DNA of 64,000 bases from the human T2T-CHM13v2.0 reference genome, Homo sapiens, in assembly GCF_009914755.1 (NCBI RefSeq), contig NC_060938.1. The stretch is one strand, 5' to 3'. This document shows, in pieces, positions 1-14,977 of the stretch; positions within the stretch are counted from its first letter, which is position 1; every line of letters starts with the position of its first letter. The notes under the pieces are model-generated. The model searched no databases. It had not been told where the DNA came from and saw only the letters and a program-made list of their open reading frames with translations. Both the position numbers and the translations under genes were made by a program.

Positions 1-1030
1 TTCATGGGACCAAGTACATTTCCAAGCTAGAGACAAAATTGGCCACTGAAACATATTTTTCTGAAATGTAATTTCTCCAACTCCTTTAACTATCTGCCCT
101 CAGGTGCATTTGGTTTTTCTTTCTAGCGCTATTGTTCTGCAACTTGATCCCTTTTTCTGCCTCTCTGAGAAATTCAAGTTTTCCTGAACTTAGGGTTTTT
201 AGTACTTTAGATTTCTAAGAAAGGCAGTTTATTAGGAAACCTTGTGTTTACTCAAGTTTGCAGCAGGTCCCGGTTGGCCAGCAGGCTCAATGTGATTCCT
301 TGAAATTCTGTTCCGGGCATGGACTCCCGGGAGCTAAATGTAACATTTAGTCATCAATAGGATAATTTAGGTTCATTCTTTCTACTTGCCTCCTTAAGAA
401 GGGATTGGAGTTCACGCTGGTATTCTCTAGAAAACGGAACTACCTTCCCACCCTGTAGAAGTATGTTATGATGGAAAGAGCCACCTATTTCCTGTGTTGG
501 CTTCTTCTCTGCTTTCGGATTTAGGCACGGTGTCTTTTCAGATGTGCTGACTTTTTACGGCTTCAGCAAGGTAATACTGTATAAATGCCGTTGGCCGTTT
601 ACCATTTGGGATTCAACGCAACGTCTGGATCTTGTTATGTAGGCATTTTCAGAGCATTACAGCTCAGCTGTGAAAGCACTCTGGCTTAAAGCGAAAATGC
701 AGTAGAACCTTGCTAATCTAACAACTTAATAACACTTGCCACCCCTTCACAGCAAGGACTTAATGGTAAGACTCAAAGTGAGGCTTCATGTTTTAGAATG
801 CACAGGAATGCATCCCACAGATGACTGTGTTATCATCAATAATCTCCAACTTTGCTTATTAAAGCACATGCAGCAACGTTACTTTAACACCACGCTATCC
901 TTTAATTCAGCCACCAAAGATAGCCTCAAAATAACGAGAACCTGCCTGAGACCTTCTGAGTTATGCTTTGCCTTCTCTCCTTCAGCACCAAGATTCTACG
1001 AAAAATGTGTTGTGGACCTAAGGCTTTTAG

Positions 1031-1454
1031 TTTCTTTTCTTTTCTTTTCTTTTCTTTTCTTTTCTTTTCTTTTCTTTTCTTTTCTTTTCTTTTCTTTTCT
1101 TTCTTTCTTTCCTTCTTTATTTCTCTCTCTCTCTCTCTTTCCTTCTTTCTCTTTCTCTCTCTTTCTTTCTCTCTTGACAGAGTTTCACTCTGTCGCACAG
1201 GCTGGAGTGCAATGGCATGACTCGGCTCACTGCAACCTCCACCTCCCGGGTTCAAGTCATTCTCCTGCCTCAGCATCCCAAGTAGCTGGAATTACAGGCA
1301 TGCACCACTATGCTGGGCTAATTTTTGTATTTTTAGTAGAGACGGGGTTTCATCACCTTGGCCAGGCTGGTCTCGAACCCCTGACCTCAGGTGATCCGCC
1401 CACCTCAGCCTCCCAAAGTGCTGGGATTGCAGGCGTGAGCCACCGTGCCCAGCT
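1031..1454 (-). mobile_element. AluS (Sx-like) whose A-tail has expanded into a (TTTTC)n/(CT)n tract (1031-1175)
   Basis: Reverse-complement Alu dimer; 16-bp TSD GGCTTTTAGTTTCTTT at 1022-1037 and 1456-1471. Confidence 0.95.
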
Positions 1455-2186
1455 GGGCTTTTAGTTTCTTTAGGTGTCTTTAGAGGAATGTTCTAAACAC
1501 GTTTTAGGTACAGGTATCCAAAACCCAGATTAGCTTATCTGCTTTTCTAAGGACTTTATTTTCACATAGCTAAGTCTAATTTTTGGTTAGAATGGGTTAG
1601 TCCATTTTCTTTCCCTGTGGGGGCGAGGGAAGCTTTCATATTCAAACTTAACTTGTTTCTGATGATCTCTAAATGATTTCTATGGCATATACTAGTTAAA
1701 ATTTGTTTTCTATTTATATTTCTCTCTTCATAAAAATACTGTGTTTAAAAAATAAGCAAGACTAAAGAAGTGACCTATTTTTATTTATGAAATGTAACTG
1801 ATCTCACCTAAAATTTTACTAACTCTAATAAAGATATTACAGTTGAAATTTCCCTGTGTCTGTGTGTCTAATATTGTTATACTCTTCTATCTGATGAAAC
1901 TTTTTACAGATCTTGGAAGGCAGCCCTCAGTTAACCAAGTTTAATGGAGATACACAAGGGAAAATTGATGACCTGAATGTATTTACAAGTTCCCATGAAA
2001 ATGACTATCAATCTCTTCAATGATGATGTTTTACGTTGAATATGGTGCTTGGAACTGGATACAACATAAATACCCTGTAAACATGGACGCAACCATTTTA
2101 AGCAACTTGAAAAACACACTGATGGTTCATGGGATGCAGATTTCCTGTGTGTGGGGCTTTAGAATGCCAAGTCTTTGGTTAATTCT

Positions 2187-2513
<327 letters not shown>

Positions 2514-3319
2514 TAGGGTCTAGGAATGATCTGTATGAACTGCTTTGTGGAGATCCTTTATCTTTTGGCAACAAATTGCTGAAAGCTTCCAAAGTAATTG
2601 TCACTTACCCTCTCATTACTTCACGTAAATCTAGAGACGGCATTTGTCAAAGGTGGGAAAGATGCCTCAGAGTTTGCCCTAGCCCAAGTTGTCCCAAAGT
2701 CATGTCAGTTTAGTATCACTCCTTGTAAATAAGTTACCACATACCAGACTATTCTAACCCAAAATATTCTTCAAGAAAAGGATATTCTTCCATAGGAGTA
2801 TATAAACACAGGTATTTCTCTTGTCGTAAAGCCAGCATCACTGAACGTGGCAGGAGAAACTTGAGCAGTAATACAATATTCCAAGTAATTGTTAGCTGAT
2901 CTCTTAATCTTCAAGGGACAGAATTCCTAGAAAACCAACAGAGCATCTTAACTATTCTAAGAAATTTTTCTGGGTTTCATGATCATTATGACCTTGCCTG
3001 CCAAATTCTCGGGAATCTACAGAAAATCTGTCATAAATTTTAAAATTATCCCTTAAAAATGTGTGTGAGATTATGTCCCCCGCCCTGCTCAAAACACTAT
3101 AATGACTTCCTATGACAATTGGAAGAAAATTCGGTCCTCACCACGCCTCCAAGGTTCCTCATGGGCTGACCCTGCCTTCACGGGTAGCATGCTTGCACTG
3201 TCCCCCTGGGCTGTGGCCACTGTGGCCTCCCAGACTCCAGTCTGGAGCCCATGTACTCACTGTGCCCCTGCTGGGAGCATCCTTCCACCACTGACTCACC
3301 TACAGCCATGACTTGTTCC

Positions 3320-4000
3320 CTTATTCAGAGCTCTGTTCAGATGTCTTCCTTCCTCAGAGGGGTCTTCCCTGACCCCCTTGCTAGGGGCTGAATTATATTC
3401 TCACCAAATTCCTATGTTGAAGTCCTAGCCCCCACTACCTCAGGATGTGACTGTATTTGGAGACAGGGTCTGTAAACAGGTGATTATGTTGAGTTCACTT
3501 GAGTGTACCCTAATCCAATAGGACTGGTGCCCTTTTAAGAAGAGGAGGTTAGAACACAGACACTGATGTACACCAGACGTGGGTACACACAGAGACGGCC
3601 AAGTGAACACACAACAAAAGGCAGCTATACACCAAGGAGAGTCTCAGAAAGAATCAAACCTGCCGACACCTTGATCTCGGACTTCTAGACTCCAGAACTG
3701 CGCGAGAATAAATTTCTGTCATTTAAGACACATGGTCTCTGGTATTTCGTTATGGCAGCTCTAACAAACAAATACACCCCTCAACCTGAGAGCTACTTCC
3801 CTGACTTTACCCTGTATCCTGCCGTATGTCTCCTCATAGCACATGATAATATGTTCCTATTTATTTATGCATGATCGTCTCTCTCCCCTGTGTACAATGA
3901 AAGCTCCTTGACAGTAGGCACTTGGTCTTGTTCTCTGCTGTATTCCCGTGTCTAAAGTAGTACCTGACACATAGTAGGCATTCAATAAATATTTGATTAA
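3320..4000 (+). mobile_element. L2 3' fragment, split by MLT1B
   Basis: L2-like CAGATGTCTTCCTTCCTCAGAGGGGTCTTCCCTGACC before the LTR and L2 tail CACATAGTAGGCATTCAATAAATATTTG after it. Confidence 0.7.
3379..3776 (+). mobile_element. MLT1B-like MaLR solo LTR
   Basis: TG...CA ends; MLT1B motifs ATGTTGAAGTCCTA and CCTGCCGACACCTTGATCTCGGACTT; 5-bp TSD CCCCT. Confidence 0.9.
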
Positions 4001-5199
4001 CAAATTACTAAATATATATTAAATAATGCACTGTAGCTAACTCTAATAGGAGCTTTGAGCAGCATATACACAGATACTGAGGTCTCATGTTTAAATCAAA
4101 TGAACCAACTTATTCCCTAAATGTATAGTAACTTGTATTGAAATGACTATAATCTTGGCAGGCACCTTGTAAATGACATTGAAATAGACCTAATAACTAG
4201 AGAGGCACTGAGAGGAAGCTGTGAATATGAAATCAAATTCAAGAACATATATGTATATTTTTTTGCTGCTTTCATGGTCATTAAACTATATTTGGAATAA
4301 TTAGGAAAAAACACACCACAAAGAAGCTAATGTTCAAAAGGCAGAGATACTTGAAAGTCTTTGAACACCTCACTAGAAATAATTTAACCAAATAAGATTA
4401 AAATTCCAGATCAAAGGTAGCAAAAATAAAGGGAAGAAAGGCAGTTGTGAGACTTCCCATTCCCACACATGTTTAACACTATGCAAATGATGAATAGACA
4501 TGGGGTTCCCATAGCAAATAATTCCATTTCCAACATCTATAAGGAATAGCGTTGCATCACTGTTCTTGGAAATATAGCTGGTAGTTTCCATCACTCATGA
4601 TCTGAATGATCTAGGAGCACATAAACAATAGAGAAAAAGAATGATACTGAAGGATGAATCTTTACTATTGTGTAATAAATCAGCAAATATGTAGTGACTA
4701 CCTGCTTCTATGTGAAATTCTATCCATGGTGTTATAGGAAAATCCACCATTATATTCAAAAGCTTCATGCAATTTACATAGTCAAGGAAATCTATACTGA
4801 ATGGCACTGGGCATTAAGCCCCTTGCTGGAATGTAAGCTAGGGTCACGACACTGACTCACCTGTGTATTTCAAGATCCTTACACATAATTAGTGCTCCAT
4901 TAATATTTTTTGAATGAATAAAATGAATATCAAAATAAAAGTCAACGTATGGCTGCACTTCAGAAATGTAACAGCAATGGCTCAGCTTCTTGAGTCATGA
5001 ATTCAAAGCTGTTAAACAAACAAAACCAGGCTACTGGTCATCCAATTCAGTGACATAGATTACCTGCAACTTTGAGATCAGATAATATCCAGTGTCTACC
5101 ATGGACGGCTCTCCTGGCAGTGACAGGGAATGTCTGTCATTTTTGTCTCCCTTGTATGTGTTCTGTCCTTCAAACTGAGGCGAGGGAACAGCATCTAGA

Positions 5200-5527
5200 T
5201 TTCCCTTTCCACATTCTCGGGTCATATAGTTTGAGTGGAGTTGAACCCCTCCTCCAACCCCGGGCATGAAGACAGACACCTGGTACAGGCCGGGTCACCT
5301 CAACGGTTCCTTCCACTTGACCACAGGGGCCTGGCTTAGGGATGTTAATTGGCCCAGGACAGGCCCGTAAGACTCAATCCCAGGATTCATACTGGGACTT
5401 TTAAGGGGAAAAAAGTCCTCTCTTTCTACCAGACTTTAAACTTTTGGATATAGGCCTGTTGCTACTCAGTTTAACCATGTCAGCAGGGATGTGAACAGAC
5501 TCCGTAGGTGGAGAATGTGTGTGTGTG

Positions 5528-5566
<39 letters not shown>

Positions 5567-5710
5567 ATGAATGAGAGAGAACCACCACCTCGTCACTTGG
5601 ATACAGCTGTGCCTGAAACTGGAGATTCCCAGTGATCCCAGTTATGCCACCAACAATTTCCTTTCCTATACTCACTTCAGCAAATTTGAGTTGGCTTCCC
5701 ATAGCTTTCT
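5200..5710 (+). mobile_element. old MLT1 (J/K-like) LTR remnant
   Basis: CAGCTGTGCCTGAA...AATTTCCTTT...TTTGAGTTGG resembles the 3' part of old MLT1 LTRs; highly diverged. Confidence 0.5.
5516..5580. repeat. (TG)n-(AG)n compound microsatellite
   Basis: Directly visible dinucleotide runs. Confidence 0.95.
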
Positions 5711-5831
5711 AGTAAAATAATTCGAACAATACAGCGACACAGGGCAAGCCTCAAATTAGTCTGTTTCTCAGTGGAACACTGCATGGTGAAAATAGTTGTC
5801 AAAAAAAAAAAGGGGTAGAAATTTATGGATG

Positions 5832-6117
<286 letters not shown>

Positions 6118-6829
6118 TTATAGACGAACCCGTAACTGATTAGTTATCTTTGGATTCTCTGTTCCTCATCTGTGAAATGGGGATAATAATAAAACCTGCC
6201 TTGTGAAGGAGTAAAGAAATCAATATATCAAAATACTCCCAATGTTAACCAATACTGTTGTTAGCCCCATTTAAAAAATTATGTCCATGCAGAGTTCTGT
6301 CGTTCTATGTGAGGGTACTGCTTTGGCATCAGATATGAATTAGCACCAAGTTGAAATAATTATTCATGAGGTCTCTTCATTACTGGATACATTGATTATT
6401 CATTCTGTCTTTCAAAAAGGAAGTCCATATCTGAGTCTGGGATCTGGCCCGACACCCGAATCCACAGGGAACACCCATGGATAAACAAGAGGCCCCTGAA
6501 GGACAGGGTCCCTCATCACTGCACAGAGCCTATAAGGACCAGGGAACCTGTGGCTCCATCTGCACCTGTGGAACCAACCGAAGTTCCCATCTCTGTGGAA
6601 TCCAATAGGGAGATGAGTATTTTTAGAGGAACCGAGGGAAAAGGATAATGGTAGCTTTAGCTTGAGTCTTGAAGCTGTCGCAAGAGAAAATAACAGTGTT
6701 GGTAATTTCTCCTTCCTGTTTAAGCACTTCAGCAAAGCGCCTTCCCTTAAATTAAACTGGGAAGTAAGAAAAACCTAGTTCCCATGCCAGCTTACAGACC
6801 CACAGGCCCACTTGGCCACAGACTTCTAG

Positions 6830-7286
<457 letters not shown>

Positions 7287-8535
7287 TCATTGTAATCATT
7301 TTTAAGTGTACATTTAAATGGTATTGAATACGTATACATTGTTATGCAACCATCACCAGCAACCATCTCCAGGACTTTTTCCCCTTCTCCAACTGAAACT
7401 CTGTACCCGTTAAACATAATTATCTCCCAATTGCTCCCTCCCCAAGGTTCCTGGCAACCATCCTTCTACTTTCTGTTTCTATGAATTTGACTACTCTAGG
7501 AAACTCATATAAGAAGAATCATACAGTATTTGTTCTCTTGTGACAGGCTGATTTAACTTAGCGTAATGTCTTCAAGTTTCATCTATGTTGTATAGCTTTG
7601 TCAGCATTTCCTTCTTTTTTAAGGCTGAAGAATTAACATTTCACTGTATGTATGTACCATCTTTGGTTTATCCATTTATCTGTTCATAGACACTTAGGTT
7701 GTCCACCTTTTGGCTACTGTGAATAATGCTGCTACGAACATGGGTGTACAAATACATGTTGGAGTCTCCGCTTTCAGTTCTTTTGGGTAGACACCCAGAA
7801 GTGGAATTGCTGGATCATATGGTAATTCCTTGTTTAATTATTTGAGGAACTGCTCAAATAATTTCCATAGCAGCAGCTCCATTTTACATTCCCACCAGCG
7901 ATGCATAATAATTCCAGCTTCTCTGCATTTTTATCAACACCTGTTATTTTCTGTTTTTTTAAATGATGGCCATCTAAATGGGTGTGAAGTGGTTTCTCAT
8001 TGTGGTTTTGATTTGCATTTCCCTAATGATTAGTGGTGTTGAGCATCTTTTTATGTGCTTATTGACTATTCATATATCTTTTTCAGAGAAATGGCTATCC
8101 AAGTCCTTTGCTCATATTTTAGTTAGGTTATTTGGTTTTTTCTAATTGACTTGTGGGAGTTCTTTATGTAGTCTGGATACTAATCCCTTATCAAATATAT
8201 GATTTACAAATATTTTCTCCCATTCCATGGGTTGCCTTTTCACTCTGTTGATAGTGAGTGTCCTTTCATGCACAAATTTTTAGATTTTGATGTAGTCCAG
8301 TTTATCTATGTTTTCTTTTGTTGCCTATGCTTTTGATGTAATATCCAAGAAATTCTTGTCAAATCCAATGTCATGAAATTTTTCTGTTTTCTTCTAAGAG
8401 TTTTATAATTTTAGCTCTTACATTTAGCTCTTTGATACACTTTGAGTTAATTTTTATATATGATATAAGGTAAGGGTCCAAATTTATTCTTACAATGTGG
8501 AGATCCAGCTTTCCCAACACCATTTGTTGGGCAAG
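7287..8535 (-). mobile_element. L1MB-type 3' end and ORF2 tail
   Basis: CCCAGAAGTGGAATTGCTGGATCATATGGT, TTTGATTTGCATTTCCCTAATGATTAGTG, CCAACACCATTTGTTG; ORF 8371..8559 resembles L1 ORF2 (NLDPYLISYIKINSKCIKELNVR). Confidence 0.9.
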
Positions 8536-9473
8536 AAAACCGTTCAGTTTGAAAATCATCTATAATTGTGAATTAAAAATTTGTTCTCTTCTCAGTTCTT
8601 TCAGTGTTTGCTTTATGTATTTTGAAGCTCTGTGAATAGGCACATATACACTTAGGACTGTTGTGTTTTCTTAATGAATTGATCCTTTTATTATTGTGAA
8701 TTGCCTTTTTTAATCCATGGTTATATTGTTTATTCTGAAGTCCACTTGGCCTGATATCAATATAGCCACCTCTGTTTTCCTATTATTAGTGTTTGTATAG
8801 TGTATCTCTTTCCATTCCTTTATTTTCATCCATTTGTTGTCTATATATTGGGTTTCTTTTAGACAACTCTGAATTGGGTCTTGCTTTCTTATCCAGTCTC
8901 ACAATATTTGGCTTTTAATTTAAGTGCTGTTATTTAATGTAGCTACTGATAGGGATGGATTTAAGTCTACCACTTTACTATTTTATTTCTACTTGGTTAT
9001 CTGTTTTTATTTTTTCCCCTCTTTCCCTGCTTTCTTTTGGATTGAGTATTTTTAGGTTCCATTTTTTCTCTATTGTCTTATCACCTATATCTATCTGTTC
9101 TATTTTTTAGTGGAGTACAGTATAGGGTTTACAATATGCATCTTTAACTTACTGCAGTCTACTTCCAAATTATAGTATATCTCTTATTATATAACCAAGA
9201 ATCTTACAATAGTATATTTTCTTTCCTCCCCTTGGGTCCTTTATGCAATTGTTGGCATACATTTTACTTCACATAGATAATAAATCCACAATATATTATT
9301 GTTTTGGCTTTAAACATTCAACTCATTTTAAAAGAAATTTGTAAATAAGGGGGAAATATATTTTACATTTGCACACATATTTACCACTTCCAGTGTGCCT
9401 TCCTTTATGTAAATCCAATTTTCCACTTGGTATTATTTTCCTTCAGTGCAAAAAGATTCCTTTAACATTTCTT

Positions 9474-9753
9474 TTTTTTTTTTTAAAGAAAATTATGTTA
9501 ATTCCAGGGTAAGGCATTGCAATGGAATATGTACACCATGATAAACTATATGCATATTCAGGGAGGTAAAGAAAGACAAAAGTTTTTAAAGAAAAAATGA
9601 GGAGAATTGCATAATTGTTTGAAGATACTTATCCTTGGCTATAAAGATCAATAATAAGAGTGACACTCATCTGATGCTAGACAGGCAGGTGTTGGGCAGA
9701 TGTTCTTGCAGAAGCATTTTTTCATGTGTAAGGTTGTGATGGACTTTGTGCAA
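9474..9753 (-). mobile_element. MER34-like ERV1 LTR 3' part, polyadenylated and inserted with an L1-type TSD
   Basis: Reverse complement resembles MER34 (TTGCACAAAGTCCATCACAACCTTACAC...GATCTTTATAGCCAAGGATAA...TTTACCTCCCTGAATA); polyT 9472-9484; 16-bp TSD TCCTTTAACATTTCTT at 9458-9473 and 9754-9769. Confidence 0.75.
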
Positions 9754-10142
9754 TCCTTTAACATTTCTTATCTTGGAGGTCTCCTGGATGAAAAGTGTTA
9801 TTTTGTTTATGTTTTTTTTTAAAGATTATTTTTGCTGGATATAGAATTCTGTGTTGACTTTTTTTTTTAACTTTTAGCTCCATGACAACACATACTTACT
9901 GTCTTCTGGCTTGCATTGTTCTTGACAAGAAGTCTGTGAATATTCTTGTCTTTGTTCCCTGTATGTAATATGTCTTTATTATCTGCTTTTAAGAATTTCT
10001 TTTTTATTACTGGCTTTCAGCAATTCACTATGACGTGTTTTGTTTATATTTTTTTCCGCTTGGGGTTCATTGAGCCTCAGAGCTATATATTTATAGTTTT
10101 CATTAAATTGGGGGAAATTTTGGCCATTATTACTTCAAATAA

Positions 10143-10562
<420 letters not shown>

Positions 10563-10917
10563 TAAAGCATTTTTTATTAACCGATAGTAAAACATATGCT
10601 ACCTGACAATAACTGTGTCCCTTTATGTATGAGTCTAAGATAAATATCATTCAGATTTTTATCTGGACAACAAATTCAAAGGCTCCTTAAGAAATAAGAA
10701 ACAAAATACCATGGTTACTAATGTAACCAGACTAAATATAAAAGCTATATATATAAGTGTGTGTATATGTATCTTAAAAAATCAATGTATTGATCAATGT
10801 AACTAATCTGAGTTTACAATAACTCACTGCTTTAAATAATATTTCAATCACATATATCAGATTAAGATCCTGTTTGGGGAAAACAGCCTCAGAAGGAAGT
10901 ATTAAAAAAAAAAAGGT

Positions 10918-11209
10918 GGCCTGGTGCAGTGGCTCACGCCTATAATCCCAGCACTTTGGGAGGCCGAGGCGGGCGGATCACAATGTCAGGAGATCGAGAC
11001 CATCCTGGCTAACATGGTGAAACCCTGTCTCCACTAAAAAATACGAAAAATTAGCTGGGCGTGGTGGCAGGCGCCTGTAGTCCCAGCTACTCGGGAGACT
11101 GAGGCAAAGAGAATCGCTTGAACCTGGGAGACAGAGGTTGCAGTGAGCCGAGATCATGCCACTGCTCTCCAGCCTGGGCAACAGACCAAGACTCCATCTC
11201 AAAAAAAAA
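10918..11209 (+). mobile_element. AluSc/Y-type inside the retrocopy 3'UTR
   Basis: GGAGATCGAGACCATCCTGGCTAAC; TSD A(n)GGT. Confidence 0.94.
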
Positions 11210-13174
11210 GGTATATTAATCATTACTTTTGATCAAACTAAGTATCAACCTTTCCCCCAACCCGTAAAGACTTCATGTCTCTAAATGGTTCCTAAATCAT
11301 GAAAGATAACTTGAAGATTTTTAAGTAGATCTCAAGGTATTAGATACTTATACACACAATGTGGGCCCAACTTTTACTGCCCAGAGTTTCTTGTCATGGT
11401 AATGTAACGTCATGAAATTCTGGTCGCCAGATCTTTTTGTTTTTATTTGTAACACAGCTAAGCCTTTTAACAATTATATTAACTACATCTAAGTTATTTG
11501 CTAATGGTAGTAGAATGATATTTATGCTTTATTAACAAAAATAGTACTTCTGGAAATTTTTCTTTGTAAGAATTTCATAAATACCAAGGAAAAGAAAAGA
11601 CTCAAGGGGTTTGGGAAATAAACCCCTTTTATTTTCTTTTTAAATCTATGTAAGTTTAATTTATTCCCAAACTTTCTAAGTTCTTCCAGAGTTCTGGACT
11701 TCATAATATTTCCTAATTTTTCTTCTTGAGTTCTGCACTGCTTCAGAACCTATCCAAACAATCTAATTCTGTGTTACCTATATTTAATATAAATAAAGTA
11801 AATATATAATCAACATTGTATCACTAGAATTGTGAAGCTCTTCATGAATTACTTTAAAAAACTCCAAAAGAATTAAGCTATTTTATTTAACATGTAATAG
11901 ATAGTCATAAAGCAAGTCCATATATTTAGTTTTCTGATACCCTAATGTATTTCCACAAACCTTTTGAGTCTCCAATTTTATATAGTTTTCCATCAGGGAG
12001 GCAAGACATATATAATTTCTTTTTATATTTAACTAATTAAAGGTTTTAAGAGGGTTTAGTCTCTAACTAAGTAACAATTAGTCATAACACCATACAAACA
12101 CATTTAAATATTCAGGAAAGAGGTTTTTAAGATTATTGCTTAGTCTTATAAAATGGTGAATTTTAACCAAATTGATACCTCTGCATTCTTACTTATGCTT
12201 CCTGTACACTTACATCATACTGCTTGGCAAGCAATGTAAGTTTTGACGTAATTTAAAAATTCAAGTAGTTGTAAACAAATTCTAATTTGTTAAACAGTTC
12301 ATATATTCCCCTTTACTTACTACACTACCTTGGAATTAATCCTCCTTAAGAAAGTAATCATCCCACATAGAAAAAACTGCAGAGCTTCTCATCTCTTCCT
12401 TAAATATTTTCAAGTACTATAAGAACACAAATCCATGAAAAACTGATTAAAATTTGACATTTCATCTTGCTTTACTAATCATGGAATAATAGAAAGACAT
12501 AAAAAACATGTTCCTTAATATTTCTGTGCTCAACCGAGAAATACAAAGAAATACTGCAATTACAGTAATGGGCTATTTCCAGCCTTTTCAAGTATAGGAC
12601 ACAACTATGGTTCCTACCAGTAAGGAGAAATTAATAATCAATCTTATATAACATAAAAGAAAGACGAGAGGCACAAAAAGACAAACTGACTTTGGCTTTT
12701 AAGAACCTAATGTTAACCCTGAAATGCCAGATTCAGTAACACCACAACAAAACAAAAATTAGGGCAGCAAGCCACCACTTCACACGGTATTAAGAATTCT
12801 GAAATACAGGATAGCCTTCCTCCCATCTCCCACTCAATCTGTTGTGTCTTCTTTCTGTTTTTCCTGCTTTTTCACTGCAGGCAGTTCAAGGCTTGCCCAC
12901 TGCATCGGTTCAGCTTTTCTCATAGTGATCTCAATCTTTGTTGCAGTCAAAGTTACGTAACTTTGCTTTACATCAGTCACACCCTATAATTTCACATTTT
13001 GATCAAATTCCTTCTCTCCTTCAAATACAATGTGCACATTTAACAATGTGCTATTGCTTCTACTCGACTAAGTTCTGGAAGTGAATTTTTAGCATATGCT
13101 TGAAATGGTAAGTCCACCTCCAGTCTGATGCCAGTCATGTCTACATGGAACAACTTTTTTCCCAGAATCCTTTT

Positions 13175-13502
<328 letters not shown>

Positions 13503-14306
13503 TCCCAGCATCCTTTTTAGTCCGCATGTGTTCCCCTGTTGTACAGCCCCTCTTGGGCTAAGAATGTACTAAAATCAGAAGTTTTTCTTCTACAACAGCT
13601 CCAGTATTTCATCCCCTCACGGAAAATAGCTTCTCCAGAATGATATACTCAGACTTTTTCTAGACTCTCTAGACCCTGATACGTCTTTGAACACCCTCCA
13701 TTCTTACATGAGGTGCCAATCTTAATTTCTTCATTGTCTTCTTTCTTATCTTCTTCATTCCCTGACGACAGTTTATCAAGTGCTTGTTTTGGGGAGGCAG
13801 ATATTTTTAATTCCAAATTTGTCATTGGTTCATCTGGGCTTGGCCGTTTTATTGCTTCTACTGGCTTAGGGGCTTGAATGATGTGTTCCTGAAATTTGGG
13901 TTTCAATTCAGATATTTCCTTCTTCTCAGTAGTCTTGACTTCAGGTTTGACTGGTTCAGGTGGCTTCTCACTATTATGTCTACCTTTTGTGCAGTGTACA
14001 ATGCTTAAGAAATCAGAAAAATCAGTTGTTCTTCTCTTATAGCAAGACCAACCCTTTAAAGCATCGTGGAAGACTGGAACACCTGGGTGGTATGTACAGG
14101 CATCATCGGAATTGGTCTCATGATCGAAGCGCTGACCGCAGCCCCAGCTGTAGCCCGCAAGGCCATTTCCTCTTCTCACCGTCGCAGGCAGGCAAGGTCC
14201 AAACACCGGGAACGGCAAGAGGATGCGTTAGCCACTCCCGTGTCGCTAGCACCGGTTTGACAACTGAGGCGGTTGCCGGCTTCAGGAAACGACCGCTCTT
14301 TCTTTT

Positions 14307-14618
14307 CTTTTTCTTTTTTTGTTTGTTTGGTTGTTTGAGACGGAGTCTCACTGTGTTGCCCAGGCTGTAGTGTAGTGGCGCGATCTTGGCTCACTGCAAC
14401 CTCCATCTCCCTGGTTCAAGCAATTCCCCTGCCTCAGCCTCCTGAGTAGCTGGGATTACAGGTGCCCGCCACCGCGCCCAGCTAAGTTTTTTGTATTTTT
14501 AGTAGAGACGGGGTTTCACCATGTTGGCCAGACTGGTCTTGAACTCCTGACCTCAGGCAATCCACCTGCCTCGGCCTCCCAAAGTGCTGGGATTACAGGC
14601 GTGAGCCGGCGCCAGGCC
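14307..14618 (-). mobile_element. AluS immediately upstream of the retrocopy 5' end
   Basis: Alu dimer inserted in the T-rich TSD copy. Confidence 0.94.
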
Positions 14619-14667
14619 TTTCTTTTTTATTCAGACTTTTTCTTTGTGTGCTTCAGTCTAGATAGTT

Positions 14668-14670
<3 letters not shown>

Positions 14671-14701
<31 letters not shown>

Positions 14702-14977
14702 AGACGGAGTCTCGCTGTCCAGGCTGGAGTGCAGTGGCGTGATCTCGGCTCACTGCAGGCTCCGTCCCCCAGGGTTCACGCCATTCTCCTGCCTCAGCCT
14801 CCCGAGTAGTTGGGACTACAGGCGCCCGCCACCTCGCCCGGCTAATTTTTTGTATTTTTAGTGGAGATGGGGTTTCACCGTGTTAGCCAGGATGGTCTTG
14901 ATCTCCTGACCTCGTGATCCGCCCACCTCGGCCTCCCAAAGTGCTGGGATTACAGGCGTAAGCCACCGCGCCCGGCC
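14671..14977 (-). mobile_element. AluY
   Basis: GGGTTCACGCCATTCTCC, CCGTGTTAGCCAGGATGG, many intact CpGs, 30-nt homopolymer tail; TSD TAGATAGTTTCTTT at 14659-14672 and 14978-14991. Confidence 0.96.

Noticed and set aside
926-1276. Lys/Glu/Arg-rich ORF
   Set aside because: Opposite-strand translation of the same microsatellite and Alu
736-1464. 242-aa ORF, the longest in the track
   Set aside because: TTG start; reads through a (TTTTC)n tract (FSFLF repeats) and an antisense Alu, a typical artefact
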